From an uncultured Candidatus Saccharibacteria bacterium (GTDB lineage: Bacteria > Patescibacteriota > Minisyncoccia > UBA6257 > 1-14-0-10-44-23), in contig CAZJVT010000003.1 of the NCBI GenBank assembly GCA_964549935.1, forward strand, positions 78,634 through 142,633: DNA of 64,000 bases, read 5' to 3'. Of the stretch, positions 7,482 through 16,632 are shown piece after piece; within the stretch, counting starts at the first letter, position 1; each line of letters opens with the position of its first letter. A program made the translations under genes and the position numbers. Under the pieces are notes generated by a model. That model was not told the origin of the DNA, searched no databases, and saw only the letters and a list, made by a program, of their open reading frames with translations.

Positions 7482-10265
7482 ATGCCACTCGATAACGTCG
7501 GCTCGTCCGATCCGACTTTCGCTACGGGCGATGGTCGTCGGAGATCTACGAGGCTGGGCCGCCGATCGAATCGGATCGCCCCGGACCCCCGTTATCAGGT
7601 CCAGGCGCTCGACGACATCGCCAGCACGCTGGCCGAGAACGATCGCGCAACCGCGGTCATGGCGTGCGGTGCCGGCAAGACGCTGGTTGCTCTGTGGACA
7701 GCCGAGCGCCAGAGCGCGCGCGTCATCCTTGTCCTGCTTCCGTCTCTGTCGCTCCTCAGCCAGACGCTGAAGACATGGAAGAGGGAGAATGTCTGGGGGA
7801 GCAGGTTCAGCTACATCTGCGTCTGCTCGGACGAGACCGTCGACGCCGGCACCGACGATCCGTCGATGGACGAAGGCTCGATTGATTTCCCGATCGACAC
7901 CGACCCAGCCGAGGTGAGGAAGTTCCTCAGGTCTCGCATCGACGACGTCAAGGTCGTCTTCTCGACCTACCACTCGGCATCGATCGTCGGCGAGGCCGCG
8001 GCCAAGCTGAAAGCGTTCGACTTAGGTGTTTTCGACGAGGCACACCGGACCGCCGGCGCCGCCGGCCGCTCCTTCGGCTTCGCTCTCTCTGACAGGAACA
8101 TTCGGATTCGCAAGCGCCTGTTCATGACGGCGACGCCGCGCCACGTTGATATCCGGCATCGCGATCGTGACGGTGACTTCTGCTCCCGGTCGATGGACGA
8201 CGAGGAGATCTACGGCCCACGCGCCTACACCCTCTCCTTCGCCAAGGCGGTGCGGCTCGGGATCATCTCACGCTACAAGGTCATCGTCTCGATGATCGAT
8301 AAGAAGATGGTCTCGGATTTTGCGCGCAAGCATGGAATCACTCTCGTCAAGGGCGATGCGATCGCTGCCACGAAGATCGCCAACCTGATCGCGATGCGCC
8401 AGGCGATCGGAGCGGTCGACGCGCGCAAGATCATCACCTTCCATGGCCGCGTTCAGCGAGCGAAGGACTTCGCCTCCGATCGTGACGACGGCATCGCACG
8501 CTATCTCGACGGCTTCGAGGTACATCACGTAAACGGCAAGCAGGCCAGTGGAGAGCGCGGCGGCATCATCCGGTCCTTCGCCGAAGCCGATCGCAGCCTC
8601 ATCACGAACGCCAGGTGCCTGACAGAAGGCGTCGACGTCCCGGCGGTCGACATGGTCGCCTTCATCGATCCCAAGCAGAGCCGGATCGACATCGCCCAGG
8701 CCGTCGGCCGAGCCATGCGTAAGCCGCGGGGCCCGACGAGGAAGATCTGCGGCTACGTGGTCATCCCGTTGTTCGCCGGCATGGACGGTGATGATCTTGA
8801 AGATGCGATCAAGGACGGCCGCTTCGACGCGATCGCCGAGGTCGTCAACGCGCTGCAAGAGCATGACGAGGAACTTGTCGAGATCATCAAGGGTATCCGC
8901 GAGCGGAAGGGCGCCGGCGAGAGTTCCTATGGCGGCGAGCTCGGTGACACGATCGAAGCAATTGGCCCTTTCGTGGATCTCGACAAGCTAGCGGCGAGCA
9001 TCGCGGTCGAGGTCGCTGACCGGATCGGTTCCGGCTGGGATGAATGGTATGGGCGACTGAAGAGTTTCGCTGAACGCGCAGGACATTGCAGCGTACCGAG
9101 AGATTACAGAGAGGGCGGATTTAATCTCTCACGGTGGGTTGCTTATCAGCGCCATGCCGCAAAGAAGCTGTCGCCGGATAAGCGGGCAAAACTCGACTCG
9201 ATTGGTTTTTCTTGGAATGTGCGCGCTGATGAGTTCGATAAGGGATATTCGGTCCTCGTGGCTTATCATGCTCGCGAAGGCCATACTCGAGTCCCCTCGC
9301 GTCACATGGAAAGTGGCTTTCGCCTGGGGTCTTGGGTCGCCTCCCGGCGCAAGCACTGCGACAGAATGTCGACTACCCAGAGAGCATCGCTCGACGCGAT
9401 CGGCTTCATCTGGGATCCGTTCGCCGAAGACTTCATGCATGGACTCAACCAGCTCGTTGCTTTCAAGGCGCGCACCGGACACTGCCGGGTACAGGATGGG
9501 TACAAGTCAGAGGGGTTCGATCTCGGAACCTGGGTAGGCACGCAACGCAGGAATCGAGATACCCTGTCCACGGACCGCAAAGCGAAGCTCGATGACATCG
9601 GCTTCATCTGGGATCCGTTCGCCGAAGACTTCATGCGCGGGCTCAACCAGCTCGCTGCTTTCAAGGCGCGCACCGGACACTGCCGGGTACACCCTAAACA
9701 CAAGGAAGACGGATTTAATCTCGGGGCCTGGGTAGGTACGCAACGCAGGAATCGAGATACCGTGACAGTTGACCGTAAGGCGAAGCTCGACGCGATCGGC
9801 TTCATCTGGGATCCGCTAGTCGAAGACTTCATGTGCGGGCTCGCCGCGCTTACTGCTTTCAGAGCCCGCAACGGCCATTGCCGATTGCCTGCAGGGCACA
9901 AGGAAGGTGAATTCAACCTCGCGAACTGGGTCAATAACCTGCGCGCACGAAATAGACGAAACAACTTGCCGGCAGATCGCAAGGCGATGCTCGATGGCAT
10001 CGGTTTCATCTGGGACCCACTGACCGATACCTTGATTCGAGGGCTCGCCCTGCTCAAAGCTTTCCAATCCACCAATGGCCACTGTCGGGTGCCTTTCAGC
10101 TACAAGGTCGACGAATTCAACCTTGGAACCTGGGTCTGGAAGCTACGCAAAAGGCGAGACCTGTCGCCTGACTTCAAGGAGGCGCTCGACAAAATCGGCT
10201 TCTATGAAAACATGACCTATGCCGCGGGAGTATCAGCCAACACATCTAAAGTCATGGCTTCATGA
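7482..10265 (+). CDS. Superfamily-2 DEAH-box helicase (ResIII-like N-terminus) with a C-terminal array of helicase-associated (HA) domain repeats
   Basis: Motif I AVMACGAGKTLVAL, motif II VFDEAHR, motif III MTATP, motif VI-like QAVGRAMR. The C-terminal 400 aa are six or seven roughly 66-aa repeats with W..W/LG.WV...R and G(F/H)IWDP signatures typical of HA domains. Confidence 0.75.
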   Translation: MPLDNVGSSDPTFATGDGRRRSTRLGRRSNRIAPDPRYQVQALDDIASTLAENDRATAVMACGAGKTLVALWTAERQSARVILVLLPSLSLLSQTLKTWKRENVWGSRFSYICVCSDETVDAGTDDPSMDEGSIDFPIDTDPAEVRKFLRSRIDDVKVVFSTYHSASIVGEAAAKLKAFDLGVFDEAHRTAGAAGRSFGFALSDRNIRIRKRLFMTATPRHVDIRHRDRDGDFCSRSMDDEEIYGPRAYTLSFAKAVRLGIISRYKVIVSMIDKKMVSDFARKHGITLVKGDAIAATKIANLIAMRQAIGAVDARKIITFHGRVQRAKDFASDRDDGIARYLDGFEVHHVNGKQASGERGGIIRSFAEADRSLITNARCLTEGVDVPAVDMVAFIDPKQSRIDIAQAVGRAMRKPRGPTRKICGYVVIPLFAGMDGDDLEDAIKDGRFDAIAEVVNALQEHDEELVEIIKGIRERKGAGESSYGGELGDTIEAIGPFVDLDKLAASIAVEVADRIGSGWDEWYGRLKSFAERAGHCSVPRDYREGGFNLSRWVAYQRHAAKKLSPDKRAKLDSIGFSWNVRADEFDKGYSVLVAYHAREGHTRVPSRHMESGFRLGSWVASRRKHCDRMSTTQRASLDAIGFIWDPFAEDFMHGLNQLVAFKARTGHCRVQDGYKSEGFDLGTWVGTQRRNRDTLSTDRKAKLDDIGFIWDPFAEDFMRGLNQLAAFKARTGHCRVHPKHKEDGFNLGAWVGTQRRNRDTVTVDRKAKLDAIGFIWDPLVEDFMCGLAALTAFRARNGHCRLPAGHKEGEFNLANWVNNLRARNRRNNLPADRKAMLDGIGFIWDPLTDTLIRGLALLKAFQSTNGHCRVPFSYKVDEFNLGTWVWKLRKRRDLSPDFKEALDKIGFYENMTYAAGVSANTSKVMAS
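9390..10200. repeat. Intragenic tandem DNA repeats of about 198 bp encoding the HA-domain array
   Basis: Near-identical stretches begin near 9397, 9597, 9795 and 9996. For example, cgatcggcttcatctgggatccgttcgccgaagacttcatgc occurs at about 9397 and about 9597. Identity is at the nucleotide level, not only the protein level. Confidence 0.7.
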
Positions 10266-10429
10266 CCAACTCCCTCGACGAGCCCCATCATGGGCAGGCC
10301 CCGGGTTCGTAAACGACCGGCCTGAACGAAGCCCACCTGGGTTGATAAATGCCGCCGCGCACCCGGCAGCTCCTCCTTTACATAAATCCTGTTTGCTGTT
10401 ATCTATGCTGACAACACCGGAGGAAGCCG

Positions 10430-11077
10430 ATGTCCGCCAACACCGCCAAGCGCAGCCTTTCACTCGCCGCCGCCATGCTCGCGGCCACGCTCGTTTCCTC
10501 ACCGGCTTCCGCCGATCTCCGCAACATCATCCAGAGCCAGCTGCAGGGGCAGCTCCAGCAGCGCGCGATGCCCGGCGTCGCTGCCGGGGTCCCCACCATC
10601 CAGCGGCCGCAGGGCTTTGCGCCCAGCGCCTCCTTCCAGACCTGCTTCACGCCCGGCAACGACTGCACCGGGCTGATCGTGCAGACGATCCGCGAGGCGC
10701 GCAGCCAGGTCCTGGTCATGGCCTACGAGTTCACGTCCGATCCGATCGAGCAGGCCCTGCTCGACGCGAAGCGTCGTCGCCTCGATGTCCGTGTCGTCCT
10801 CGACAAGACCCAGACCCAGCCGAACCGGCGCTCGGCGCGCCTCTTCACCCAGACCGGCATCCCGGTCGTGATCGATGCGCAGCCGGCGATCGCGCACAAC
10901 AAGGTGATGATCCTCGACGGCGTGTCGGTGATCACCGGCAGCTTCAACTTCACGCTCTCCGCCCAGACGCGCAACGCCGAGAACGTGCTGATCGTGCGGA
11001 ACGCGCCCGAGCTCGCGCGGGGCTACATCGGCAACTGGGAAGCGCGCGCCCGGGCCAGCCAGGCGTTCGGAGGTTGA
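10430..11077 (+). CDS. nuc: Nuc-like phospholipase-D-family endonuclease with signal peptide
   Basis: The N-terminal region AAAMLAATLVSSPASA is signal-peptide-like. A single HKD motif HNKVMILDGVSVITGSFNFT (HxKx4Dx6GSxN) is present. Size and architecture resemble the plasmid periplasmic nuclease Nuc. RBS GGAGGAAG precedes the ATG. Confidence 0.7.
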   Translation: MSANTAKRSLSLAAAMLAATLVSSPASADLRNIIQSQLQGQLQQRAMPGVAAGVPTIQRPQGFAPSASFQTCFTPGNDCTGLIVQTIREARSQVLVMAYEFTSDPIEQALLDAKRRRLDVRVVLDKTQTQPNRRSARLFTQTGIPVVIDAQPAIAHNKVMILDGVSVITGSFNFTLSAQTRNAENVLIVRNAPELARGYIGNWEARARASQAFGG

Positions 11078-11081
11078 GACC

Positions 11082-11591
11082 ATGAGGCACAAGCCGAACA
11101 TCCACCTTCCGTACACGCGGAAACAGCTCCTCGATTGGGTCGATGCCTCGAAGCTGTCGAAGGCCGTCGCGCTCCTCAAGCGTGGCAAGTCTGGCCGCGA
11201 GATCGATCTGCTCATCCATCTGGGGCTCTGCGACGTCGACGACGCCTACAAGGGCTGGCGCTTCTGGCACGGCGGCAAATGGATCGCTCTCCGAAAGGGC
11301 GCCGAGACCATCGAGCTGGGCTCCGTGCCCAACTACTCGACGTCGAAGGATGCCATGGACTTCCTTCTGTCGCTCCTGCCGGAAGCGAGCATCGCGTCCA
11401 GCTTCGAGAGCTTCGTGGATGTCGTGGCCTCGGTGACCTATGTCAAAGGACGGATCTCTCGCTATGCCGACCTGAAGATCAAGGGAGGTCGAGAGCCGTC
11501 GATCGAGGCCGCGGCGCGCTGTGGAGCCCTGCTTCGTCTTCTGCTTCTCCTTGTTGCAGACAAGGCGCGGCCCGCGAAGGCCGGGGCGTGA
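11082..11591 (+). CDS. Hypothetical protein, paralog A of a tandem pair
   Basis: Shares YSTSKDA..LL..ASI.SSF and AAARCGALLRL blocks with the next ORF. Confidence 0.5.
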   Translation: MRHKPNIHLPYTRKQLLDWVDASKLSKAVALLKRGKSGREIDLLIHLGLCDVDDAYKGWRFWHGGKWIALRKGAETIELGSVPNYSTSKDAMDFLLSLLPEASIASSFESFVDVVASVTYVKGRISRYADLKIKGGREPSIEAAARCGALLRLLLLLVADKARPAKAGA

Positions 11592-11671
11592 GCCATCCTG
11601 TCGTCATCTAGATAGCTCGACACGCGAAAACCCGACCGGCGCCGGCCCGGTCTCGAGGAAGGGTCATCAAG

Positions 11672-12241
11672 ATGCAAAAGATTCCCCATCATCGTGAGCC
11701 TTCCAATCTCACCTCGCTGATCTCGCGCGTCGACCCTCTGTCGCTCCGCGTAATCGCGACCTACATCGAGGCCGGCCGCCGCGGCCGCAAGATCGACTTC
11801 CTCGTCCACCAGGCAATGGCCGAACATCACCTGGCCCTCCAGGGGTGGCGCTATGGCCGTGCCGGCGAGCATCTCGCGATCGAGATCCGTCGACGCCTTG
11901 CCAAGCCGCGCCTTATTCATGGCGTCCCGCGCTACAGCACGTCCAAGGACGCGCTCGACGGGATCGTCCGGCTTCTCCTCCCGCAGGCTTCCATTACATC
12001 GTCCTTCGGCGCCGGCCGCTCTCGCATCGTCGCCGAGACGACCTATGCGAACACGCGTGGCGAAGCCTACATGACCAAGGCGACGGTTCCTGCCAGCAAC
12101 GATCCGGCAGCGGAAGCCGCGGCACGATGCGGCGCTGTCCTGCGCCTGGTAGCCGACATGGCGGTCGAGCGGAGGCGCTTTGCCGACGAGCAGTCCGAAG
12201 ATCGCGGCCGGGCGCCGAAGAAGCGGAACCCTCGCTCGTGA
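11672..12241 (+). CDS. Hypothetical protein, paralog B of a tandem pair
   Basis: Shares RYSTSKDALDGIVRLLLPQASITSSF and AAARCGAVLRL blocks with 11082..11591. Confidence 0.5.
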   Translation: MQKIPHHREPSNLTSLISRVDPLSLRVIATYIEAGRRGRKIDFLVHQAMAEHHLALQGWRYGRAGEHLAIEIRRRLAKPRLIHGVPRYSTSKDALDGIVRLLLPQASITSSFGAGRSRIVAETTYANTRGEAYMTKATVPASNDPAAEAAARCGAVLRLVADMAVERRRFADEQSEDRGRAPKKRNPRS

Positions 12242-13095
12242 CCTGCCGCCTTCCATCGGTCGATCTCGACAAGCGATGGCTCGATCGTCGCGAACGCTGG
12301 GCGCGGCCCGACGTCGTCTTCGATCCCCGCGGCTATGCGGTCGAGGTCGTGCCTGAGCGTCTCGCCCGGGATCTCGTCCTGGCCCATCACTACTCGGGAT
12401 CCTTCCCCGCGGCTCGCCTCTCCGTCGGCCTCTTCCGCAAGTCGGGTCCGGCTGCCGCGGCGGAGCTCGCCGGCGTCGCCGTCTTCTCCGTTCCTATGTC
12501 CTCCGCGGTGATCCCGGCACGCGTCGGCATTCCCGCTGCCGAGGGTGTCGAGCTCGGCCGCTTCGTCTGCCTGCCCGAGGTCGCCTTCAACGGCGAGACC
12601 TGGTTCCTTCGCCGCGCGCTCGCCGCCCTCCGCGTCGAGAAGCGAGAGGTTCGCGCGGTGCTCTCCTATGCCGACCCCCTCGAGCGATGGACAGAGGGCG
12701 GCCTCCTCTGCAAGCCCGCCCATTACGGCACCATCTACCAGGCCGGGAACGCGTCCTTCATCGGCCGCGCCAAACCCAGCTTCGTCGTCATGACCCGTGG
12801 AGGCCAGGTGGTCTCCGGCCGCTCGCTCTCGAAGATCAGGACGCAGGCTCGCGGCCACGTCTATGCGAGCGAGCAGCTCGAGGCCGCCGGCGCCGATCCG
12901 CGCCGACCGCTCGAGGATCCGTCCGACTGGCTTCGCCGCGTGCTGGTCGAGCCCGCCTTCGTGAAGGTCCGTCACCCCGGCAACTACTGCTATGCGTTCG
13001 GGCTCGATCGCGCGGTGAACCAGAACCTGAAGCCGCGGGCGCTCGCCTACCCGAAGAAGCCGACCCAGGCGCCGGAACTGGCGGAGGCCGCCTGA
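12238..13095 (+). CDS. Hypothetical protein with conserved HHYSGSFP motif (possible Mom-like/acyltransferase-fold enzyme, uncertain)
   Basis: GTG start overlaps the upstream stop (GTGA). The ORF-track entry 11845..13095 is an upstream run-on in the same frame. The protein has the LAHHYSGSFPAARLSVGLF and YCYAFG motifs. Confidence 0.4.
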   Translation: MTCRLPSVDLDKRWLDRRERWARPDVVFDPRGYAVEVVPERLARDLVLAHHYSGSFPAARLSVGLFRKSGPAAAAELAGVAVFSVPMSSAVIPARVGIPAAEGVELGRFVCLPEVAFNGETWFLRRALAALRVEKREVRAVLSYADPLERWTEGGLLCKPAHYGTIYQAGNASFIGRAKPSFVVMTRGGQVVSGRSLSKIRTQARGHVYASEQLEAAGADPRRPLEDPSDWLRRVLVEPAFVKVRHPGNYCYAFGLDRAVNQNLKPRALAYPKKPTQAPELAEAA

Positions 13096-13097
13096 CC

Positions 13098-13349
13098 ATG
13101 ACCGCGACGCTCGTCTTCGAGCATGAAGGGTGGGCTGTCGCCACCTCTGCCTGGACGGCCGCGGCAGTGGAAGGCACGAGGTCGACCGAGATCTGCTACG
13201 TCTGGTCCATGCTGCCGTCGATGGGCGTGCTCGCCAGCTCGACCGGCGTCGAGCGCCTTACGCTCAGCATCCCCTTCGCGGAATTCCTGGATCGGGTGAA
13301 AGGCGGCGGCGTCGTCGACTTCCGCCGGACAGAAGGAGAGAGCCCATGA
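13098..13349 (+). CDS. Small hypothetical protein
   Basis: ATG at 13098, 3 nt after the upstream stop. 83 aa. Coupled to the next ORF. Confidence 0.35.
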   Translation: MTATLVFEHEGWAVATSAWTAAAVEGTRSTEICYVWSMLPSMGVLASSTGVERLTLSIPFAEFLDRVKGGGVVDFRRTEGESP

Positions 13350-13597
13350 GCGAGGCGACCGCCCGGCTGTCGCGCGAGGATCTCCTCCGCCTGAAGCACA
13401 AGCTGGTGGGCTCGTGCGACTCGGTCGAGCTGGCCCTCAGCCAGCTCGACCTCGAAGCCTTCGAAGGGTGCGACATGGAGGACCAGCTGCTCGACGTCAA
13501 CGTCGAGCCTTGCGCGGTCTGCGGCTGGTGGTTCGAGAGCCACGATCTCGACCCGGACGTGAACCCCAAGGGCCCCGTCTGCACGGATTGCACCTGA
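13346..13597 (+). CDS. Small Cys-containing hypothetical protein (possible zinc ribbon)
   Basis: ATGA overlap with the upstream gene. C-terminus PCAVCGWW...PVCTDCT. Confidence 0.4.
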   Translation: MSEATARLSREDLLRLKHKLVGSCDSVELALSQLDLEAFEGCDMEDQLLDVNVEPCAVCGWWFESHDLDPDVNPKGPVCTDCT

Positions 13598-13598
13598 G

Positions 13599-13871
13599 AT
13601 GCCGGGCACCGGCATCACCATCGGCGGTATCCAGGCGTCCCGAGGCTCGGCGACCGTCTATTGCGGCAATCCGCTCTGCTACAGGTTTCGCCACGGCGCG
13701 ACCAGGAGCCTGAAGCTGGAAACCCTGCCGCCACAGGTCACGGTGGACGAGGTGAAGGTCAGACTTCGCTGCGATGCCTGCGACATGTTCCAGGCCGAGA
13801 TCGTGGTCGTGCTCGGATCGAAGGGGAGCGGCAAGATCGGCCAGGCGGAAATGCGAGGTCTTTTCCGCTGA
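13599..13871 (+). CDS. Small Cys-containing hypothetical protein
   Basis: 90 aa with YCGNPLCY and CDACD pairs. Immediately follows the previous gene. Confidence 0.4.
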   Translation: MPGTGITIGGIQASRGSATVYCGNPLCYRFRHGATRSLKLETLPPQVTVDEVKVRLRCDACDMFQAEIVVVLGSKGSGKIGQAEMRGLFR

Positions 13872-13872
13872 T

Positions 13873-14259
13873 CTAGTCGAGTTGCGGTCTACTACCCCAC
13901 CATCCCGCCAGCTGGCTAAGCACGTAGAAACCGGCGATGAAGACGATCAGGCCGATCAGGCCCTTCGCGTCGGCCCATATCTCCTGCCGGGTCATGGTCG
14001 GGGTCCGGCGAAGCCAGCTGATCAGGCCCCTGGCGCCCATGACATAGGCTGAACCGATCTGACCGAACGCGAAGGCCAGGGCCATGACCATGGCGATCGC
14101 CAGGCCGAGCCCGAAGATCATCCCCCAGTCCCAACCCAGGTAGATCAGGGCGCAGGCCGCCGCGGCGATCGCAACCAGGAGCGTGAACTCGCCATATCGC
14201 CTGACCAGGTAGTCAATGCGCTCGCCTGTTTTCATCGGGTCAGGTTGGTATCTCGCCAT
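13873..14259 (-). CDS. Integral membrane protein (3-4 predicted TM helices)
   Basis: Hydrophobic stretches LLVAIAAAACALIYLGW, MIFGLGLAIAMVMALAFAF and LIGLIVFIAGFYVL. Confidence 0.5.
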   Translation of the reverse strand: MARYQPDPMKTGERIDYLVRRYGEFTLLVAIAAAACALIYLGWDWGMIFGLGLAIAMVMALAFAFGQIGSAYVMGARGLISWLRRTPTMTRQEIWADAKGLIGLIVFIAGFYVLSQLAGWWGSRPQLD

Positions 14260-14372
14260 GGCTCGCGAACCAGATCATATTGCCTTCTCCGATGCGATCT
14301 CAAATCGCGGCGTGCCTGGATCCTGGGATTATGCAACTCTGATAAGTCATTTTTTTCAATGAATTAACCGAG

Positions 14373-14488
14373 TTATAGCGAGTTTATCTCAGTTTATGAT
14401 TTTTTCATAAACTTAGGTAACTTCCTTGAAATTAGGAAAGTAAGTATATATTATCAAAATCAGATAAACCGCCCTAAGGTCGCTATAA
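14373..14488. promoter_or_regulatory. AT-rich promoter with inverted repeat TTATAGCGA ... TCGCTATAA abutting the ATPase start codon
   Basis: TTATAGCGA at 14373..14381 and its exact reverse complement TCGCTATAA at 14480..14488. The ATG is at 14489. GTTTAT motifs are repeated in between. Confidence 0.4.
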
Positions 14489-15721
14489 ATGGACCCCAGA
14501 ACCAATCCCTATGCGCCCGGCGCCGGCTCCCAGCCGCCCGAGCTCGCGGGTCGTGACGAGATCCTGGAGAAGGCCGCGACCGCGCTCGACCGCATCAAGG
14601 CCGGCAAGCAGGCAAGGAGCCTGGTCCTCCACGGCCTTCGCGGGGTCGGCAAGACCGTGCTGCTCAACAAGATCCGGCGCGAGGCCGAGGCACGCGACAT
14701 CCAGAGCGTCGTCATCGAGGCGCCAGAGCATCGCTCCCTCCCCGGGATCCTGGTGCCGGCGCTGCGTGCCGTGCTGATCCGTCTCGATCGCGTCGAGGCC
14801 ACGAAGGCTATCTTCGGCAAGGCCAAGAAGGCGCTCGCCGGCCTGGCGAAGGCCGCGAAGGTGAAATACGAGGACGTCGAGTTCGGTCTCGACTTCGAGG
14901 TCGAGGACGGCCTGGCCGACTCCGGCGACCTCGAGCACGACCTGGGCGAGCTCTTCATGGCGGTCGGCGAGGCTGCCAAGGCGCGCAACACGGCGATCGT
15001 CCTCTACATCGACGAGGTGCAGTATGTGCCCGAGGAGCAACTGGCGGCCCTGATCTCCGCGCTGCATCGCGCGGCGCAGGAGATGCTGCCGGTGACCATG
15101 CTCGCCGCCGGCCTGCCGCAGATCCTGGGGCAGATGGGCAAGGCCAAGTCCTATGCCGAGCGTCTCTTCGAGTTCACCGAGATCGACAGCCTGGGCGCGG
15201 AGTCGGCGAAGAAGGCGCTCTGCAAGCCGGCGGAGGCCGAGAAAGTCACGTTCGAGCAGGGCGCGATCGACGAGATCCTCGAGCAGACCAAGGGGTATCC
15301 GTACTTCCTCCAGGAATGGGGCAAGCACAGCTGGAACATCGCGGCATCCTCGCCGATCACCGCGGCGAACGCGCGCGAGGCGACCAAGTCGGCGATCGCC
15401 GAGCTGGATGCGAGCTTCTTCAGCGTGCGCCTCGATCGCCTGGCGCCGGCGGAGAAGCTTTATCTCCGGGCCATGGCCGAGCTCGGGCCCGGACCGCACC
15501 GCTCGGGCGATATCGCCGCGAGCCTGGGCAAGCCGGTCAACCTCGTCGCACCTACGAGAAACAGCCTCATCGCCAAAGGTATGGTGTTCAGCAAGGCGCA
15601 TGGCGACACCGCCTTCACCGTGCCGCTCTTCGATGGCTTCATGAAGAGGGCCATGGTGTTCAAGCCCGAGGACGGACATAAGCGCAAGCGCGCGGCCGAG
15701 CCGAAGCCGCCGGGCATGTAG
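14489..15721 (+). CDS. AAA_16-type (Orc1/STAND-like) P-loop ATPase with C-terminal winged-helix-like region
   Basis: N-terminus NPYAPGAGSQPPELAGRDEIL then Walker A LHGLRGVGKTVLL. Walker B VLYIDEVQ. Confidence 0.65.
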   Translation: MDPRTNPYAPGAGSQPPELAGRDEILEKAATALDRIKAGKQARSLVLHGLRGVGKTVLLNKIRREAEARDIQSVVIEAPEHRSLPGILVPALRAVLIRLDRVEATKAIFGKAKKALAGLAKAAKVKYEDVEFGLDFEVEDGLADSGDLEHDLGELFMAVGEAAKARNTAIVLYIDEVQYVPEEQLAALISALHRAAQEMLPVTMLAAGLPQILGQMGKAKSYAERLFEFTEIDSLGAESAKKALCKPAEAEKVTFEQGAIDEILEQTKGYPYFLQEWGKHSWNIAASSPITAANAREATKSAIAELDASFFSVRLDRLAPAEKLYLRAMAELGPGPHRSGDIAASLGKPVNLVAPTRNSLIAKGMVFSKAHGDTAFTVPLFDGFMKRAMVFKPEDGHKRKRAAEPKPPGM

Positions 15722-15795
15722 GCGGCTTCGGCGAAGTTGCTATTTATCGCGTCTACTGCTATCTATAGTGACGACTGACAAGGGAAGGATCCCAG

Positions 15796-16290
15796 ATGCG
15801 CAGCCCCGTCCTCCTCCTCGGTACCGTCGCCGCACTCGCCCTTCTCGCCGGCGTTGCCGACGCCGCCGATCTTCCCTGCCCCGAGGGCACCTACCCGATC
15901 CACCGCGCGGCCGGAACCGGCCCGAGCTCGATCGAGCTCAAGCGCTACCCGGGCGAATGCTCGGTCAAGGTCGGCAACGAGTGGATGACGGTTCTTCCCG
16001 GCATGGTGAAGGCCCTCGCCGGAACCGATTTCCAGCCGGGCGCCAAGGGATCGGGCCAGGCGATGGGCACCGGCGGCGCCTTCGACTTCGAGGCCAAGGT
16101 CCTTTCGAAGGAGGAGATCGACGTCGCCGGGGCGAAGGTCGAGACCGTGAAGATCGAGGCGACCTCTTCCCGGGTGAAGGACGTCTGGACTGCCTGGTAC
16201 GTGCCGGCCACGGGCATGGTGGTCCGCTATCGCTTCGTGGGTCCCTACCAGTCCTCGGACTGGCAGGTGACGAAGATGCCGGCGCGCTGA
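15796..16290 (+). CDS. Exported hypothetical protein (signal peptide)
   Basis: MRSPVLLLGTVAALALLAGVADAAD is signal-peptide-like. A CTATCTATAG -10-like box lies upstream. Confidence 0.5.
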   Translation: MRSPVLLLGTVAALALLAGVADAADLPCPEGTYPIHRAAGTGPSSIELKRYPGECSVKVGNEWMTVLPGMVKALAGTDFQPGAKGSGQAMGTGGAFDFEAKVLSKEEIDVAGAKVETVKIEATSSRVKDVWTAWYVPATGMVVRYRFVGPYQSSDWQVTKMPAR

Positions 16291-16313
16291 GCGATCGAGC
16301 AGGGAGAGCTGTC

Positions 16314-16583
16314 ATGACCAAGCCGGCCTTCAGCTCTCCCTACATCGAGAACGAGCAGCAGGAGCGCATCTACCAGCTGGCGAAGCGCCGCCGGGACACC
16401 GCCATCCGTCGGGCTGAAGCGAAGCGCGAGCGGCAGGGACAGGCCGAGCTCACGCGACACAACAGGCGCCTCAGGATCATCTCTGACGTTTGCGAGCACA
16501 CAAAGAGGCTCGCGCAAGAGGAATACGAGGCTTCGGAGATGATGGCCTTCTCGACGGCGTCCGGCAGCGCCGAGAAGGCGTGA
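16314..16583 (+). CDS. Small basic hypothetical protein
   Basis: ATG at 16314 with GGGAGAG RBS. Arg/Glu-rich, helical-looking. Confidence 0.35.
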   Translation: MTKPAFSSPYIENEQQERIYQLAKRRRDTAIRRAEAKRERQGQAELTRHNRRLRIISDVCEHTKRLAQEEYEASEMMAFSTASGSAEKA

Positions 16584-16632
16584 TAGCGATCCATCCGGAC
16601 GACACCACAGCAGACGATGCCCGAAGGTTACG

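Noticed and set aside
9100-10100. Possibility that the helicase repeat region is a CRISPR-like or mobile repeat array
   Set aside because: The repeats are about 198 bp, lie in frame within a continuous ORF, and encode HA-domain units. There is no spacer-like unique DNA and there are no short palindromic repeats.
11845-13095. 416-aa ORF spanning paralog B and the HHYSGS gene
   Set aside because: The upstream 130 codons overlap gene 11672..12241 out of frame and are Arg/Pro-rich. The true start is the GTG at 12238, which overlaps the upstream stop.
14483-15679. 398-aa minus-strand ORF
   Set aside because: It is antisense to the AAA_16 ATPase, which has Walker A and B motifs. The translation is Arg/Leu/Gly-rich.
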